Assembly: GCA_016207245.1 (NCBI GenBank)
Contig: JACQQA010000008.1
Location: 1 to 58,551 of the forward strand
Length of the DNA: 58,551 nucleotides
Direction of reading: 5' to 3'
Source of the DNA: Candidatus Magasanikiibacteriota bacterium
Lineage (GTDB): Bacteria; Patescibacteriota; Patescibacteriia; Magasanikbacterales; UBA922
Shown: positions 39,886 through 49,961 of the stretch, piece after piece
Numbering within the stretch: position 1 is the stretch's first letter
Layout: every line of letters begins with the position of its first letter
Made by a program: the position numbers and the translations under genes
The notes under the pieces: generated by a model
What the model was told of the DNA's origin: nothing
The model's input: the letters and a program-made list of their open reading frames with translations, nothing else
The model's database searches: none

Positions 39886-40890
39886 TTATGAAAGGGATCC
39901 TTCATCCGCTGTGGCGGATTCAGGATGGAGCTCACTGTGACGCTCGCTCCACTTATTAATATACTCAATCGCGCTTAAGGCGGCAGTGACGCCGTGGCCG
40001 GCGGAGATGGCGATTTGTTTGAAAGGGATGTTCGTAACATCGCCGGCGGCGAAGATTCCCGGGCAGTCGGTCTGGCATTTGATGTTCACTTCAATTTCGC
40101 CGAGCGGATTTTTTTTGCCGCAGGCGACAAAATCAGAATTTGGCAGCTGGCCGATATGCACCATTACGCCGTCAACCGCGATTTCTTTGGTTTTATTTTT
40201 CGCGGTATCAAGATATTTTATGCCGGAGACATTTTCTTTTCCCAGAATTTCTTTCGTGTCAGCGCCGTAAATTATTTCAATATTCGGCAATGATTTAACT
40301 TTTTCAATTAAAATATCTTCGCCTTTGGGAAATCCGCCTTTACTTTCTCTATTATTAGGATAGCGGGTAATTAAAAAAAGTTTTTTCGCGATGCCGGACA
40401 TCATCAGCGCCGATTCAAGAGCGGCATTGCCCGCGCCGACGGTTACCGTTGTCTTGCCTCTAAAAAGCGGGCCGTCGCAGGTGGTGCAATAAGTAACGCC
40501 TTTGCCGCGCAATTCTTTTTCTCTCGGGATATTCAGCGTCCGCGGATGAATGCCGCTTGCCACGAGCACGGCTTTGGTTTTATAGATTTTTTCTTTGCCA
40601 TTGGCATCGCGCGCGGTGACGATGTGGTGGTTTTTTTCTGTTTTGATTCCGATTATTTGATAACCGATGTCAGTCGGCACGCTGTAAGATTTGACATGAT
40701 TGTACATATCCTGCGCCAGTTTGAAGCCGTTGGTTTCAATCTGTCCGGGCCAATTATTTATAATTCCGGATTGCGCGACCTCGCCGCCAATGTCTTTGGT
40801 GACGATGATTTGATTCAAATTTCTTCTCGCGCCGTAGATGGCTGCCGAACAGCCGGCCGCCGCCGCGCCAATGATTACGAGGTCGTACAT
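39886..40890 (-). CDS. trxB: Thioredoxin reductase-like FAD oxidoreductase
   Basis: YCTTCDG, VGAGNAA, FAAGDVT; C-terminal extension from a palindromic element. Confidence 0.88.
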   Translation of the reverse strand: MYDLVIIGAAAAGCSAAIYGARRNLNQIIVTKDIGGEVAQSGIINNWPGQIETNGFKLAQDMYNHVKSYSVPTDIGYQIIGIKTEKNHHIVTARDANGKEKIYKTKAVLVASGIHPRTLNIPREKELRGKGVTYCTTCDGPLFRGKTTVTVGAGNAALESALMMSGIAKKLFLITRYPNNRESKGGFPKGEDILIEKVKSLPNIEIIYGADTKEILGKENVSGIKYLDTAKNKTKEIAVDGVMVHIGQLPNSDFVACGKKNPLGEIEVNIKCQTDCPGIFAAGDVTNIPFKQIAISAGHGVTAALSAIEYINKWSERHSELHPESATADEGSLS

Positions 40891-40901
40891 AGTTTTACAT
40901 G

Positions 40902-41020
40902 ATACAGAATACAGATAACAGAATACATCCGCGTTTGATTTTACGCCCCAACACCCGCTCGTTGCATTCTGTTATCTGGTAACTGTATTTGTGCAACGTT
41001 ATCTGGTTTCTGTATTCTGT
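40902..41020. repeat. Heptamer inverted-arm cassette (MITE-like), copy 2
   Basis: Near-identical core to 2119-2214; overlaps rpe 3' end. Confidence 0.8.
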
Positions 41021-41682
41021 CCGATTATTAATTTCATTTGCTTGATGTTATCCACAGGTTTGCCCACCTTAAACGTGGCGCTGCCCGGGCAGATGGCATT
41101 CACGCCGGTTTTAACTATATCCGGCAGATTGGATTCGTTCACCGCGCCGTCAATTTCCGTGAATATTTTAGGATATTTAGTCGTGAATTTTGTGATTTTA
41201 GTTAACACTTCTTTAATCAGCGACTGGCCCTGAAAACCCGGGTGAACGCCCATGAACATTACCGCGTCAAGTTGATTTAAAAACGGCTCAATCGCGCTGA
41301 TGGGGGTGTCGGGATTGAGCACGATGCCGACTTGCCAGTTATTTTTTTTTGCAAAATTAATTATTTTAGAAAGGGATCCCTCGGCTCCCTCCGGTCGCTC
41401 GGGATGACAACCTTGCGACTCGTAATGAAATAGTACCCGTTTAACTTGTTTTACGCCAATCCATTTTTTTAATTCAGCGAGCGGGTCGGCAACCATCAAA
41501 TGCAGTTCAACATTAAGTTTGCGCAGTTTTTTTACCACTGTCGGATTAGCCCAAGTCACGTTTGGCACGAATTTTCCATCGGCGATATCAAGCTGAATTT
41601 GCTTAACCGAATCACCCAGCCCTTTCATTTGCTGTAAAAATTGTTCTTCGGTTTGGACCAGGACGGAGGGGATTATTTCCAT
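40999..41682 (-). CDS. rpe: Ribulose-phosphate 3-epimerase (in-frame palindrome insertion)
   Basis: DIADGKFVPN, ELHLMV, MGVHPGFQGQ, IDGAV. Confidence 0.93.
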   Translation of the reverse strand: MEIIPSVLVQTEEQFLQQMKGLGDSVKQIQLDIADGKFVPNVTWANPTVVKKLRKLNVELHLMVADPLAELKKWIGVKQVKRVLFHYESQGCHPERPEGAEGSLSKIINFAKKNNWQVGIVLNPDTPISAIEPFLNQLDAVMFMGVHPGFQGQSLIKEVLTKITKFTTKYPKIFTEIDGAVNESNLPDIVKTGVNAICPGSATFKVGKPVDNIKQMKLIIGQNTETR

Positions 41683-41722
41683 ATGATTGTTTCAGAATGC
41701 AGAAATCAGATAACAGAATACA

Positions 41723-42187
41723 TTACGAATTTTCAATTTCCAATTTTTTGAGTTTTTTTAAGCGGCGGAGGCGGCGAGTGATTGGTTTGAAATCGGTTTG
41801 CAGGAATTTTTTTACAATGGCGGATGCTTTGGTGGAATTTACAGCGCTGGCGGCTAAACAGAGGATGTTGCCATTATCATGGAGGCGAAGCATTTCCGCG
41901 CCTTCCGCGCTGTAGCCGATTGACGCGCGCGCGCCGGCTATTTTGTTTGCCGTGATACACATGCCGTGTCCGCTGTGGCAGATTAAAATACCGCGATTAC
42001 TTTCATTTTTAACCACAGCGCGGCTTACTTTTATCGCGTAATCAATCGCATCATCACACTCAATACGCTTTTTCGCCCCCAAATCTTTTACTTCTTTTTT
42101 GAGTTTATTTTTTATATAGATTTTCAGTTTTTCTTTTAGCTCAAATCCCATGTAGTCAGAGCCAATGTAGATAGTTGGTTTGGACAT
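41723..42187 (-). CDS. rpiB: RpiB/LacA/LacB sugar-phosphate isomerase
   Basis: GSD..G..LKE, GILIC..G.GM...ANK, NILCL. Confidence 0.85.
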   Translation of the reverse strand: MSKPTIYIGSDYMGFELKEKLKIYIKNKLKKEVKDLGAKKRIECDDAIDYAIKVSRAVVKNESNRGILICHSGHGMCITANKIAGARASIGYSAEGAEMLRLHDNGNILCLAASAVNSTKASAIVKKFLQTDFKPITRRLRRLKKLKKLEIENS

Positions 42188-42247
42188 ATTTTTTAGTATA
42201 AGCAGGGTTATTATAGAAGATTATGGGCGGCTTGGCAAGCCCGGTGT

Positions 42248-42336
42248 TCAGAATGCAGAATGCAGATAACATGACTCATGCGATGCGGAGACTCTGTTGT
42301 TTGAATGTATTCTGTTATCTGTATTTTGCATTCTGA
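42248..42336. repeat. Heptamer inverted-arm cassette
   Basis: cagaatgcagaatgcagataac ... tgtattctgttatctgtattttgcattctg. Confidence 0.8.
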
Positions 42337-42445
42337 CGTGGGGCTGGACAAACACCCAATTTTATGTTACAATTCGACCCAGACTGCCATGTCTCAATCT
42401 GCCAAGTCGGCAGAAAAGAGATTGGTAAAGTGAAAGGAGAAAAGG

Positions 42446-42724
42446 TTGAAAGGAGCCACGATAACTTCCATTGTGGGGGGTAAAAAAAGGCGGCGAGCCG
42501 GTTCTGCGCCGAAAATTGCGCCGAAGGAACCATTCCCCAACAAAGTAAGGCAAGAGCGCGAGGCTCGGCTCCTATGCAAGTCCGAGCTTGCGAAAAAGGC
42601 AGGTATCTCGCCGGCCACTCTTGATCGTCTGGAGCGCGGTTTGTCGTCAAGGCCAAGCACCAGGCGCAATGTGCTGTTCGCCCTTGGCTACACCATCCTC
42701 CAGAAAGAAGTAGTCTTCCCTTGA
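42446..42724 (+). CDS. XRE-family HTH protein
   Basis: NKVRQERE..ELAKKAGISPATLDRLERG. Confidence 0.75.
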   Translation: MKGATITSIVGGKKRRRAGSAPKIAPKEPFPNKVRQEREARLLCKSELAKKAGISPATLDRLERGLSSRPSTRRNVLFALGYTILQKEVVFP

Positions 42725-42958
42725 TAGCGCGCCCAGCGCCTCATCGCTCCTTCGCCCCCGTTACCCTTTCCGTCCTGGAAAGTTGGGGGCCAATCAATTT
42801 GTTTTTATCCGCGGATAAAAACAAATTGATTGGCCTGCTTGACAAACGCTCCAGTCTTTGATATAATATTTTCATACTTGAAATTTCCCCGCCATGGCGG
42901 GGCGGACCACGGAAAGGCGCCTGTCCCGCTCGCCATGGCCTGTAAATTTAAAAATCTT

Positions 42959-43303
42959 ATGTTAGACAAGGACAAAAAGCTTAGAATAATCAAAAAGTTT
43001 CAGACCCATGAGGGCGATACCGGTTCCACCGAAGTTCAGGTGGCGATTTTATCCGAGGAAATTAAGGAATTAACCGACCATCTAAAACAACACAGCAAGG
43101 ACCACTCTTCCCGCCGCGGTTTGCTCCGCAAGGTGGGCGAAAGGCGAAGATTGTTGCGCTATTTGCGCAAAGAGAACGCGAAGTCATACGATGAGTTGAC
43201 CAAAAAATTAAAATTAAAACAAGTAAAAACTTTGGGCCAGCCGACCACAAAAGTGGACGGCAGTTCTGATGAAATTGACGAAGATGTTGAAAGCCATGAA
43301 TAA
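42959..43303 (+). CDS. rpsO: 30S ribosomal protein S15
   Basis: DTGSTEVQVA, KDHSSRRGLL..VG.RRRLL.YL; acidic C-terminal extension. Confidence 0.96.
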   Translation: MLDKDKKLRIIKKFQTHEGDTGSTEVQVAILSEEIKELTDHLKQHSKDHSSRRGLLRKVGERRRLLRYLRKENAKSYDELTKKLKLKQVKTLGQPTTKVDGSSDEIDEDVESHE

Positions 43304-43859
43304 CAAACGCAATCCGTTAAAACACCCCGATCAACGCGTAGGGGTGTTTATTGATGTGCAGAATCTGTATTATTCCGCCAAGAATTTATTCGGCCAAAAA
43401 GTTAATTTCGGCAATATTGTCAGTGAAGCGGTGGCCGGCAGGAAATTAATCCGCGCGATTGCTTACGTAGTTAGAACCGAAACGAAAGAAGAAACGCCTT
43501 TTTTTGAAGCGCTTTACAATTTAGGCATTGAAACCAGAGAAAAAGATTTGCAAGTTTTCAGCACCGGAATGAAAAAAGCGGATTGGGATGTTGGTTTGAC
43601 GGTTGACGCGATCAGATTAGCCCAAAGTTTGGATGCGGTAGTGATAGTTTCCGGCGATGGCGACTATTTGCCGTTGGTTGAATATTTGCAAAAAAGCGCC
43701 GGCAAACAGGTTGAAGTGGTGGCGTTCGGTGACACAACTTCCAGCCGGCTGATTGAAGCCGCGGACGATTTTATTGATTTGGGAAAAGAGAAAGAGAGGT
43801 TTCTGATTACTGATAGGTTTGCGAAACAGACGGGGTTTAATGTCAAAAAGAGAGAGTGA
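43296..43859 (+). CDS. NYN (LabA/DUF88) domain protein
   Basis: FIDVQN, KADWDVG, SGDGDY. Confidence 0.92.
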   Translation: MNNKRNPLKHPDQRVGVFIDVQNLYYSAKNLFGQKVNFGNIVSEAVAGRKLIRAIAYVVRTETKEETPFFEALYNLGIETREKDLQVFSTGMKKADWDVGLTVDAIRLAQSLDAVVIVSGDGDYLPLVEYLQKSAGKQVEVVAFGDTTSSRLIEAADDFIDLGKEKERFLITDRFAKQTGFNVKKRE

Positions 43860-43866
43860 AGAATTA

Positions 43867-43992
43867 ACAAACAGAAGACACAAGACACAAGAAACAAGAA
43901 ACAAATAAAATTAAATATTTAAACTTCAAATTACAATTTTTATATCTTAAATTTTAGTTTGAAATTTATTTGTATCTTGTGTCTTGGTTATT
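43867..43992. repeat. Heptamer inverted-arm cassette (gacacaa/gaaacaa type)
   Basis: aagacacaagacacaagaaacaagaaacaaata ... tatttgtatcttgtgtcttgg. Confidence 0.75.
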
Positions 43993-44007
43993 AATTATTA
44001 ATAAATC

Positions 44008-44080
44008 GATGCTGGTCAAGAGGAATCTAGGTCCATACGTATAAAAATACGTGGCGATCTATCTCTTCTAGATCAGCTTC
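44008..44080 (+). promoter_or_regulatory. Long stem-loop in pnp leader
   Basis: gctggtc/gatcagc, aagag/ctctt, aggtc/gatct, acgtat/atacgt nested pairing. Confidence 0.55.
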
Positions 44081-44094
44081 GGAAAGGATCCTTT

Positions 44095-46326
44095 ATGGAT
44101 ATCAAAAATTGGTCCCTTGATTGGGGGGGACGAAAGCTGACGGTGGAAACCGGTAAATTAGCTTTGCAAGCCCATTCATCTTGCACGGTGCGATACGGCG
44201 ACACCGTGATTTTAGCGACGGTCGTCAAAAGCAAAAATATCAGAGCCGGAATTGATTATTTTCCGTTGATGGTGGATTTTGAGGAAAAACTTTACGCCGC
44301 CGGGAAAATAAAGGGTTCGCGTTTTATCAAACGCGAAGGCCGTCCAAGCGACGAAGCGATTTTGTCCGGCCGCATGGTTGACCGCGCCATTCGTCCGCTG
44401 TTTGATGAGCGCGTGCGCAATGATGTTCAGGTGGTTTTGACCGCGCTGTCGGTTGACGGCGAAAACGACGCGGCGGTTACTTCCTTTTTGGCCGCCAGCA
44501 TCGCGCTGGCGACATCCGCGGTTCCTTGGGCCGGTCCGATCGGCGCGGCGCGAGTCGGCATGACGGAAACCGGCGAGTTTATTTTAAACGCCACGACCGA
44601 GCAGTTGGCAACCGGCGGATTAAACTTAGTGGTGGCCGGCACGCCGGAAAAATTAGTAATGGTTGAAGTCGGAGCCAAAGAAGTGTCGGAGGAAACGATT
44701 TTTAAAGCCATGAAATGGGGTTGCGAGCAATTAAAACCGGTGATTGAATTCATTAAAAAAATTCAAACGGAAATCGGCCAGCCAAAAGAAGCGGTTCCGG
44801 CTTTGGCCGATGACGCGGCCGGCGCTGATGATAAATTTGAAGAAGAAGCGCGTCAGATCGCGCGAGAATACATTGCCAAGAATGTTGAGACAATGATTTT
44901 TGACGCGGTTAAAATTACTCGTCCGGAACGCACGGCGATGCTGGATAAATTTTCCGAAGAGATTGAAAAAATATTGGCGGAAAAAAATTATGAAGAAGAG
45001 GTGCGGAAAGTCGCGTTGAATAATGTTAAATTATATGTTGAAGAACAAATTACCAAACGGATTTTGGCGAAAGACCAGAGACTGGACGGCAGAAAATTAA
45101 CGGAAATCAGAAAACTTTCTTCGGAAATTGATTTATTGCCTCGGGTGCATGGTTCAGCTTTGTTTATGCGCGGAGACACGCAAGTATTGTCCGTCGTTAC
45201 TTTGGGCGCGCCCGGTGATGTCCAAACATTAGACAGCATGGAAGAGGATGGCACCAAGCGCTATATGCACCATTATAATGACGCGCCATTCGCTTACGGC
45301 GAAGCCAAACCGATGCGCGGACCGGGGAGAAGGGCGATTGGACATGGCGCTTTAGCTGAACGCGCTTTGGAACCAGTTTTGCCGTTGGAAGCAGATTTTC
45401 CCTACGCGATCCGCGTGGTTTCCGAAGTAATGGGTTCCAATGGCTCCAGCTCAATGGCATCAACCTGCGGATCATCTCTGTCTCTTATGGCCGCGGGCGT
45501 GCCGATTAAAAAAGCCGTGGCCGGCATTGCCATGGGTTTGGCGTCTGACGCGGCGGAAAATAACGGCGAGATTAAAAAATATAAGATTTTAACCGACCTG
45601 CAAGATGTGGAAGACGGTCCGGGCGGGATGGATTTCAAGATCGCCGGCACGATTGACGGCGTTACCGCGGTGCAGATGGATACAAAGACGCATGGTTTGA
45701 CATGGGAAATTGTTGAGCAGACAATCAAACAAGCGCGCGAAGCCAGACTGCAAGTTTTGGCGAAAATGAATGAAGCAATCGCGGCGCCGAAGCCGGAATT
45801 GTCCCCATACGCTCCGCGGATTGAGACAATCAAGATTGATCCGGAAAAGATCGGCGACCTGATTGGCCCGGGCGGAAAGACAATTAAAAAAATTACCGAG
45901 GGCACCGGTGTTACAATTGATATTGAACAAGACGGACGAGTGATGATTACTTCGGTTGATATGGGCGCGATGGAAAAAGCCAAACAGATGGTGATTGAAT
46001 TAACAAAAGAAGTTGAGGCCGGAGAAACTTATGAAGGCAAGGTCGTGCGTATGGAAGATTTTGGCGCGTTTGTGCAAATTTTGCCTAACAAAGATGGTTT
46101 AGTGCACGTCAGCGAATTGCGCTGGGAGCGAGTTGGCCGGCCGAGCGATGTATTGAAGTTGGGCGACACGGTGAAAGTTTTGGTAAAAGAAATTGATAAT
46201 TTGGGCCGGGTGAATTTATCAATGAAAGCGCTGATGCCCAAGCCGGAAGGTTATCAGCCGCCGGTTTTCGCTGATCGCGGGCCGAGTCCGCATCGCGGCG
46301 GAGGCGGGTTTAGACGGAGGAATTGA
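44095..46326 (+). CDS. pnp: Polyribonucleotide nucleotidyltransferase
   Basis: DYFPL, SNGSSSMAS, GMDFKIAGT, KH (IGPGGK) and S1 domains. Confidence 0.97.
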   Translation: MDIKNWSLDWGGRKLTVETGKLALQAHSSCTVRYGDTVILATVVKSKNIRAGIDYFPLMVDFEEKLYAAGKIKGSRFIKREGRPSDEAILSGRMVDRAIRPLFDERVRNDVQVVLTALSVDGENDAAVTSFLAASIALATSAVPWAGPIGAARVGMTETGEFILNATTEQLATGGLNLVVAGTPEKLVMVEVGAKEVSEETIFKAMKWGCEQLKPVIEFIKKIQTEIGQPKEAVPALADDAAGADDKFEEEARQIAREYIAKNVETMIFDAVKITRPERTAMLDKFSEEIEKILAEKNYEEEVRKVALNNVKLYVEEQITKRILAKDQRLDGRKLTEIRKLSSEIDLLPRVHGSALFMRGDTQVLSVVTLGAPGDVQTLDSMEEDGTKRYMHHYNDAPFAYGEAKPMRGPGRRAIGHGALAERALEPVLPLEADFPYAIRVVSEVMGSNGSSSMASTCGSSLSLMAAGVPIKKAVAGIAMGLASDAAENNGEIKKYKILTDLQDVEDGPGGMDFKIAGTIDGVTAVQMDTKTHGLTWEIVEQTIKQAREARLQVLAKMNEAIAAPKPELSPYAPRIETIKIDPEKIGDLIGPGGKTIKKITEGTGVTIDIEQDGRVMITSVDMGAMEKAKQMVIELTKEVEAGETYEGKVVRMEDFGAFVQILPNKDGLVHVSELRWERVGRPSDVLKLGDTVKVLVKEIDNLGRVNLSMKALMPKPEGYQPPVFADRGPSPHRGGGGFRRRN

Positions 46327-46417
46327 GCGAACAGAAAACAGTTACCAGATAACAGAATGCACGAGACGGGCGAAGAACCCGTTTTTGTGTTATAATAAAC
46401 AAGAAATAATTATCAAT

Positions 46418-47443
46418 ATGCCAACACAAACAAAGTCTGGTAAAAAACATTTGCACAATAATTTAATTTCCATAATAGATTACAACGAGACGCATTTGGA
46501 AGAAAAAGAAACTTATGATTTGGCCGAATGCGTGTATTACAAAAACACGCCGGAAGTGACGTGGATAAATATTGATAATGTGCCACCGTTAAGTTTTTTG
46601 AGCGAATTGGGTTTGGGGTTTGATTTGCATCCGGTTATTATGGAAGATATTGTCAATCCAAACCAGCGGCCAAAGATAGAAATTTTGGATGATTATATTT
46701 ATGTGGTTTTAAAAATGTTAACCCCCGGGAAGAATCCCAGCCAGCCGTTTATTTCCGAACAAGTCAGTATCGTGATGGCGAATAAATTTGTGATTACGCT
46801 TCAGCAGGGAGTGAAAGGCGACGCGTTTGATCGCGCGCGCATGTTAATCAGAAAAGAAAAAACCAGAATCCGCTCTTTGGGTACGGATTATTTAGTGTAT
46901 GAGTTAATTGATGATATCGTGAATAATTATTTTAAAGTTTTGGAAGATTTCGGCGAGAGGTTGGAATTGTTGGAATCGGAGTTGATTAAGGATCCTTCGC
47001 AAAAAACTCTGCGCTCAATTTACAGCCTCAAGCGCGAGATTCTCGCTTTGCGCAAAGCGATTTGGCCTTTGCGCGAAGTGGTGGATATTTTGGAGCGCGG
47101 CGACAGTCCGTTGATTAAAAAAAGCACGCGGATTTATCTGCGCGATATTTACGACCGCGTGGTGCAAGCGATTGATACCATGGAAACTTATCGCGATATG
47201 GCGACCGGCATGCTTGATATTTATTTATCAAGTTTGAGCAATCGGATGAACGGCGTAATAAAAGTTTTAACGATAATCACGACCGTTTTCATGCCCTTGA
47301 GTTTTTTGGCGGGTTTGTATGGAATGAATTTCAAATACATGCCGGGCTTGAGCGCGCCGTGGGGTTTTGACGTCATGGTTATCGTAATGCTGCTTGTCTT
47401 TTGGAGCATGATTATTTTCTTCAAGAAAAAAAAGTGGCTGTGA
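46418..47443 (+). CDS. corA: Magnesium/cobalt transporter
   Basis: QRPK, YGMNF signature, KKKWL end. Confidence 0.95.
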   Translation: MPTQTKSGKKHLHNNLISIIDYNETHLEEKETYDLAECVYYKNTPEVTWINIDNVPPLSFLSELGLGFDLHPVIMEDIVNPNQRPKIEILDDYIYVVLKMLTPGKNPSQPFISEQVSIVMANKFVITLQQGVKGDAFDRARMLIRKEKTRIRSLGTDYLVYELIDDIVNNYFKVLEDFGERLELLESELIKDPSQKTLRSIYSLKREILALRKAIWPLREVVDILERGDSPLIKKSTRIYLRDIYDRVVQAIDTMETYRDMATGMLDIYLSSLSNRMNGVIKVLTIITTVFMPLSFLAGLYGMNFKYMPGLSAPWGFDVMVIVMLLVFWSMIIFFKKKKWL

Positions 47444-47503
47444 GCTTGACTTTCTCTATATTTTGGGGTTAAATAGGTAAAAATTGAAAGATCCGCACAG
47501 CAC

Positions 47504-47585
47504 GCCTTGGTGGCGGAATTGGCATACGCGCATGCCTTAGGAGCATGTCCCGCAAGGGTTGAGAGTTCAAATCTCTCCCAAGGCA
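47504..47585 (+). tRNA. tRNA-Leu (UAG)
   Basis: Cloverleaf with variable arm, anticodon TAG. Confidence 0.95.
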
Positions 47586-47592
47586 CAAAATT

Positions 47593-49191
47593 ATGAATTT
47601 TTTCAGCTCGTGGTCCGGCAGAATGGGGATTTTTGTTTTTTCTGCCGCGACGATTTTAATTATCATTCGCGTCTTGGCGGAATACATTCCGCGCCTTTTT
47701 ATTTTTTTGAAGTCGGTGTTTTGCTCCGTTATCGAAGCGGTTGCGAACAATCAGGATGTAAAAAAATTTATTTCCAAACATTGGATATTCTTCCGATTCA
47801 TCCGCCGCCGGCTGGACAGGGATAGATTTTCCGGCTTGCCGCTCACCCTTCTCAGTTTGCCTTTTTTGTATATTGTTTTTCTTTTTTTGGGAGTTATTGA
47901 AGGCGTAATCAAATCCGATGCGATTATCATGGCAGACGCGCGCGCGGCCAATTTGCTCCTTGCTTTTAGAACCGCCGAACTCGTTCAAATTTTCACGTGG
48001 ATAACTCTGCTCGCGAAGTCTTCAATCATCGCCGGCGCCATCGTTGTTTTTTCCGCGGTTTTATTATTGGTTAAAAAAAGGATATATATTTTACCCTTCT
48101 GGGCGACGGTTGCCGGCACCGGGCTGTCTGTTTTTCTCGGGAAGTTGATAACTCATCGTCCGCGTCCGGATGTCGCGCTGTATCTTGAAGACTCCTTTTC
48201 TTTTCCAAGCGGACACGCCGCGATGGCCGTGGCGTTTTATGGTTTTTTGACGTATGTTTTGTTCCGGCAGATAAAAAAATGGAGATACAAAATAAACGCG
48301 CTGTTTTTCAGCGCCGCTATAATTCTCGCGATTGGTTTCAGCAGGCTTTATCTCGGAGTGCATTTTTTGAGCGATGTCTGGGGCGGCTATCTCCTCGGCG
48401 CTTTGTGGCTGATTATTGGAATCGCCGTTTCTGAATTATTGACTCACAACAAGCCTGTGCCGGGAAGCGCGTTGCCGCGCAAGACCAAGGCCGCTGTCCT
48501 GATTTTGATTTTAGCCTGGATTGTTTTTTACGCGGGTTTTGCCGCTGTTTATCGTCCGCCGTTTGCCAGCCAAAAAGCGCCGGCCGCCGCCACTGTTAAT
48601 AACGCGCTGGATATTTTTAATGACAAAAATATTTCCCGTTTCACCGAGACCATAACCGGAGAAAAGCAGGAGCCGCTGAGTTTCATCATTGTCGCCGATG
48701 ATGATGGCGCGTTTATCGGCGATATGCGGAAGGCGGGGTGGCGGTTGGCCGATCCGCCAAGTCTTGTGTCAGTGGCGAGAATGGCAAAGGCCGCAGTTTT
48801 AAATGGAGAATACTATTCAGCGCCGATGACGCCGTCATTTTGGGACGCGCAGGCGCACGATTTCGGTTTTGAGAAACCCACCGAAAATCAAACCGTGCGC
48901 GCGAGGCACCACGCGAGATTTTGGCGCGCGCGATTTCAAACCGCGAGCGGAAAGCGCATTTACGTCGGGACGGCGAGCCAAGACGTCGGCATAAAATGGC
49001 TGATTACGCACACCATCAAGCCGGATATTGACACGGAACGCGACTTTTTATTTTTCGATCTGGAAAACGCGGGGACCGTGCAAGGCTTCACGAAGGAGAA
49101 ATTCGTTGAGCCGACGCTCGGCAAGAATTTTTTTGGCGATCAATTTTTCACCGACGGGGAAGCGTACGTGGCGGTTTTGGAAAGTGTATAA
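47593..49191 (+). CDS. PAP2 phosphatase with LssY-like C-terminal domain
   Basis: K....RPRP, SFPSGH, SRLYLGVHFLSDV; RHHARFW, H.I.PDIDTERD. Confidence 0.88.
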   Translation: MNFFSSWSGRMGIFVFSAATILIIIRVLAEYIPRLFIFLKSVFCSVIEAVANNQDVKKFISKHWIFFRFIRRRLDRDRFSGLPLTLLSLPFLYIVFLFLGVIEGVIKSDAIIMADARAANLLLAFRTAELVQIFTWITLLAKSSIIAGAIVVFSAVLLLVKKRIYILPFWATVAGTGLSVFLGKLITHRPRPDVALYLEDSFSFPSGHAAMAVAFYGFLTYVLFRQIKKWRYKINALFFSAAIILAIGFSRLYLGVHFLSDVWGGYLLGALWLIIGIAVSELLTHNKPVPGSALPRKTKAAVLILILAWIVFYAGFAAVYRPPFASQKAPAAATVNNALDIFNDKNISRFTETITGEKQEPLSFIIVADDDGAFIGDMRKAGWRLADPPSLVSVARMAKAAVLNGEYYSAPMTPSFWDAQAHDFGFEKPTENQTVRARHHARFWRARFQTASGKRIYVGTASQDVGIKWLITHTIKPDIDTERDFLFFDLENAGTVQGFTKEKFVEPTLGKNFFGDQFFTDGEAYVAVLESV

Positions 49192-49203
49192 TTACAGCAC
49201 TTT

Positions 49204-49776
49204 ATGCAAACTGAATTTGAAGCTACATTTTTAAAAATTGACAAGGACAATATGCGGCGCTCGCTTAAAGAAGCGGGCGCGATTTTGGTTTATCCCGAGA
49301 CATTGTTAAAAAGAGATGTGTTTGATCCGCCATTGCCGATTAAAGGTGGCTGGCTGAGAGTGCGCCACGAGGCAAATGGGGTGACAATGAGTTTAAAAAT
49401 AGTGGATGGCGACAAAATTGAAAATCAAAAAGAGATTGAGTTAAAAATAGACGATTATAAACAAGGGGCGGGGTTTTTGTTGGCTATTGGCGCGAGGCAC
49501 AAATCATATCAAGAAACTAAACGAGAGTTATGGAATTTTATGGATACGCAAGTTACGATTGATACCTGGCCAGGTCTGCAACCATTTGTGGAAATAGAAA
49601 GCGATGATGGGGAAAAAGTAAAACAGGCTGCCGTGGCACTGGGCTTTGATTACGCCCAAGCGTATTTTGGCGCTGTGGATGTGGTTTACGAGGAAGAGCT
49701 TAACATTCCTTTTCAGGTAATCAATCAGATGCCGGTTATTACTTTTGAAGATCCGCCGCAGAGATATTGTAGTTAA
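49204..49776 (+). CDS. CYTH-domain protein
   Basis: EFEATF, WLRVR, ETKRE.W, FVEIE. Confidence 0.85.
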   Translation: MQTEFEATFLKIDKDNMRRSLKEAGAILVYPETLLKRDVFDPPLPIKGGWLRVRHEANGVTMSLKIVDGDKIENQKEIELKIDDYKQGAGFLLAIGARHKSYQETKRELWNFMDTQVTIDTWPGLQPFVEIESDDGEKVKQAAVALGFDYAQAYFGAVDVVYEEELNIPFQVINQMPVITFEDPPQRYCS

Positions 49777-49961
49777 GAAATAAAAAGCGCAACTAAAACA
49801 ACCCTCGCAGGTTGTTTTTTAGTAACAAAATTTTTTAGCGAGTTTTGTCTCTTGACTTTTATCATTAAATTTGTTTAAAATAGATTCGCCTTAAGATTTT
49901 CTTTTGGCACCTAACTGCAAGGAAGATGCAGGCAAGAAGAAAGAAGAAAAAGGAGGATGCC

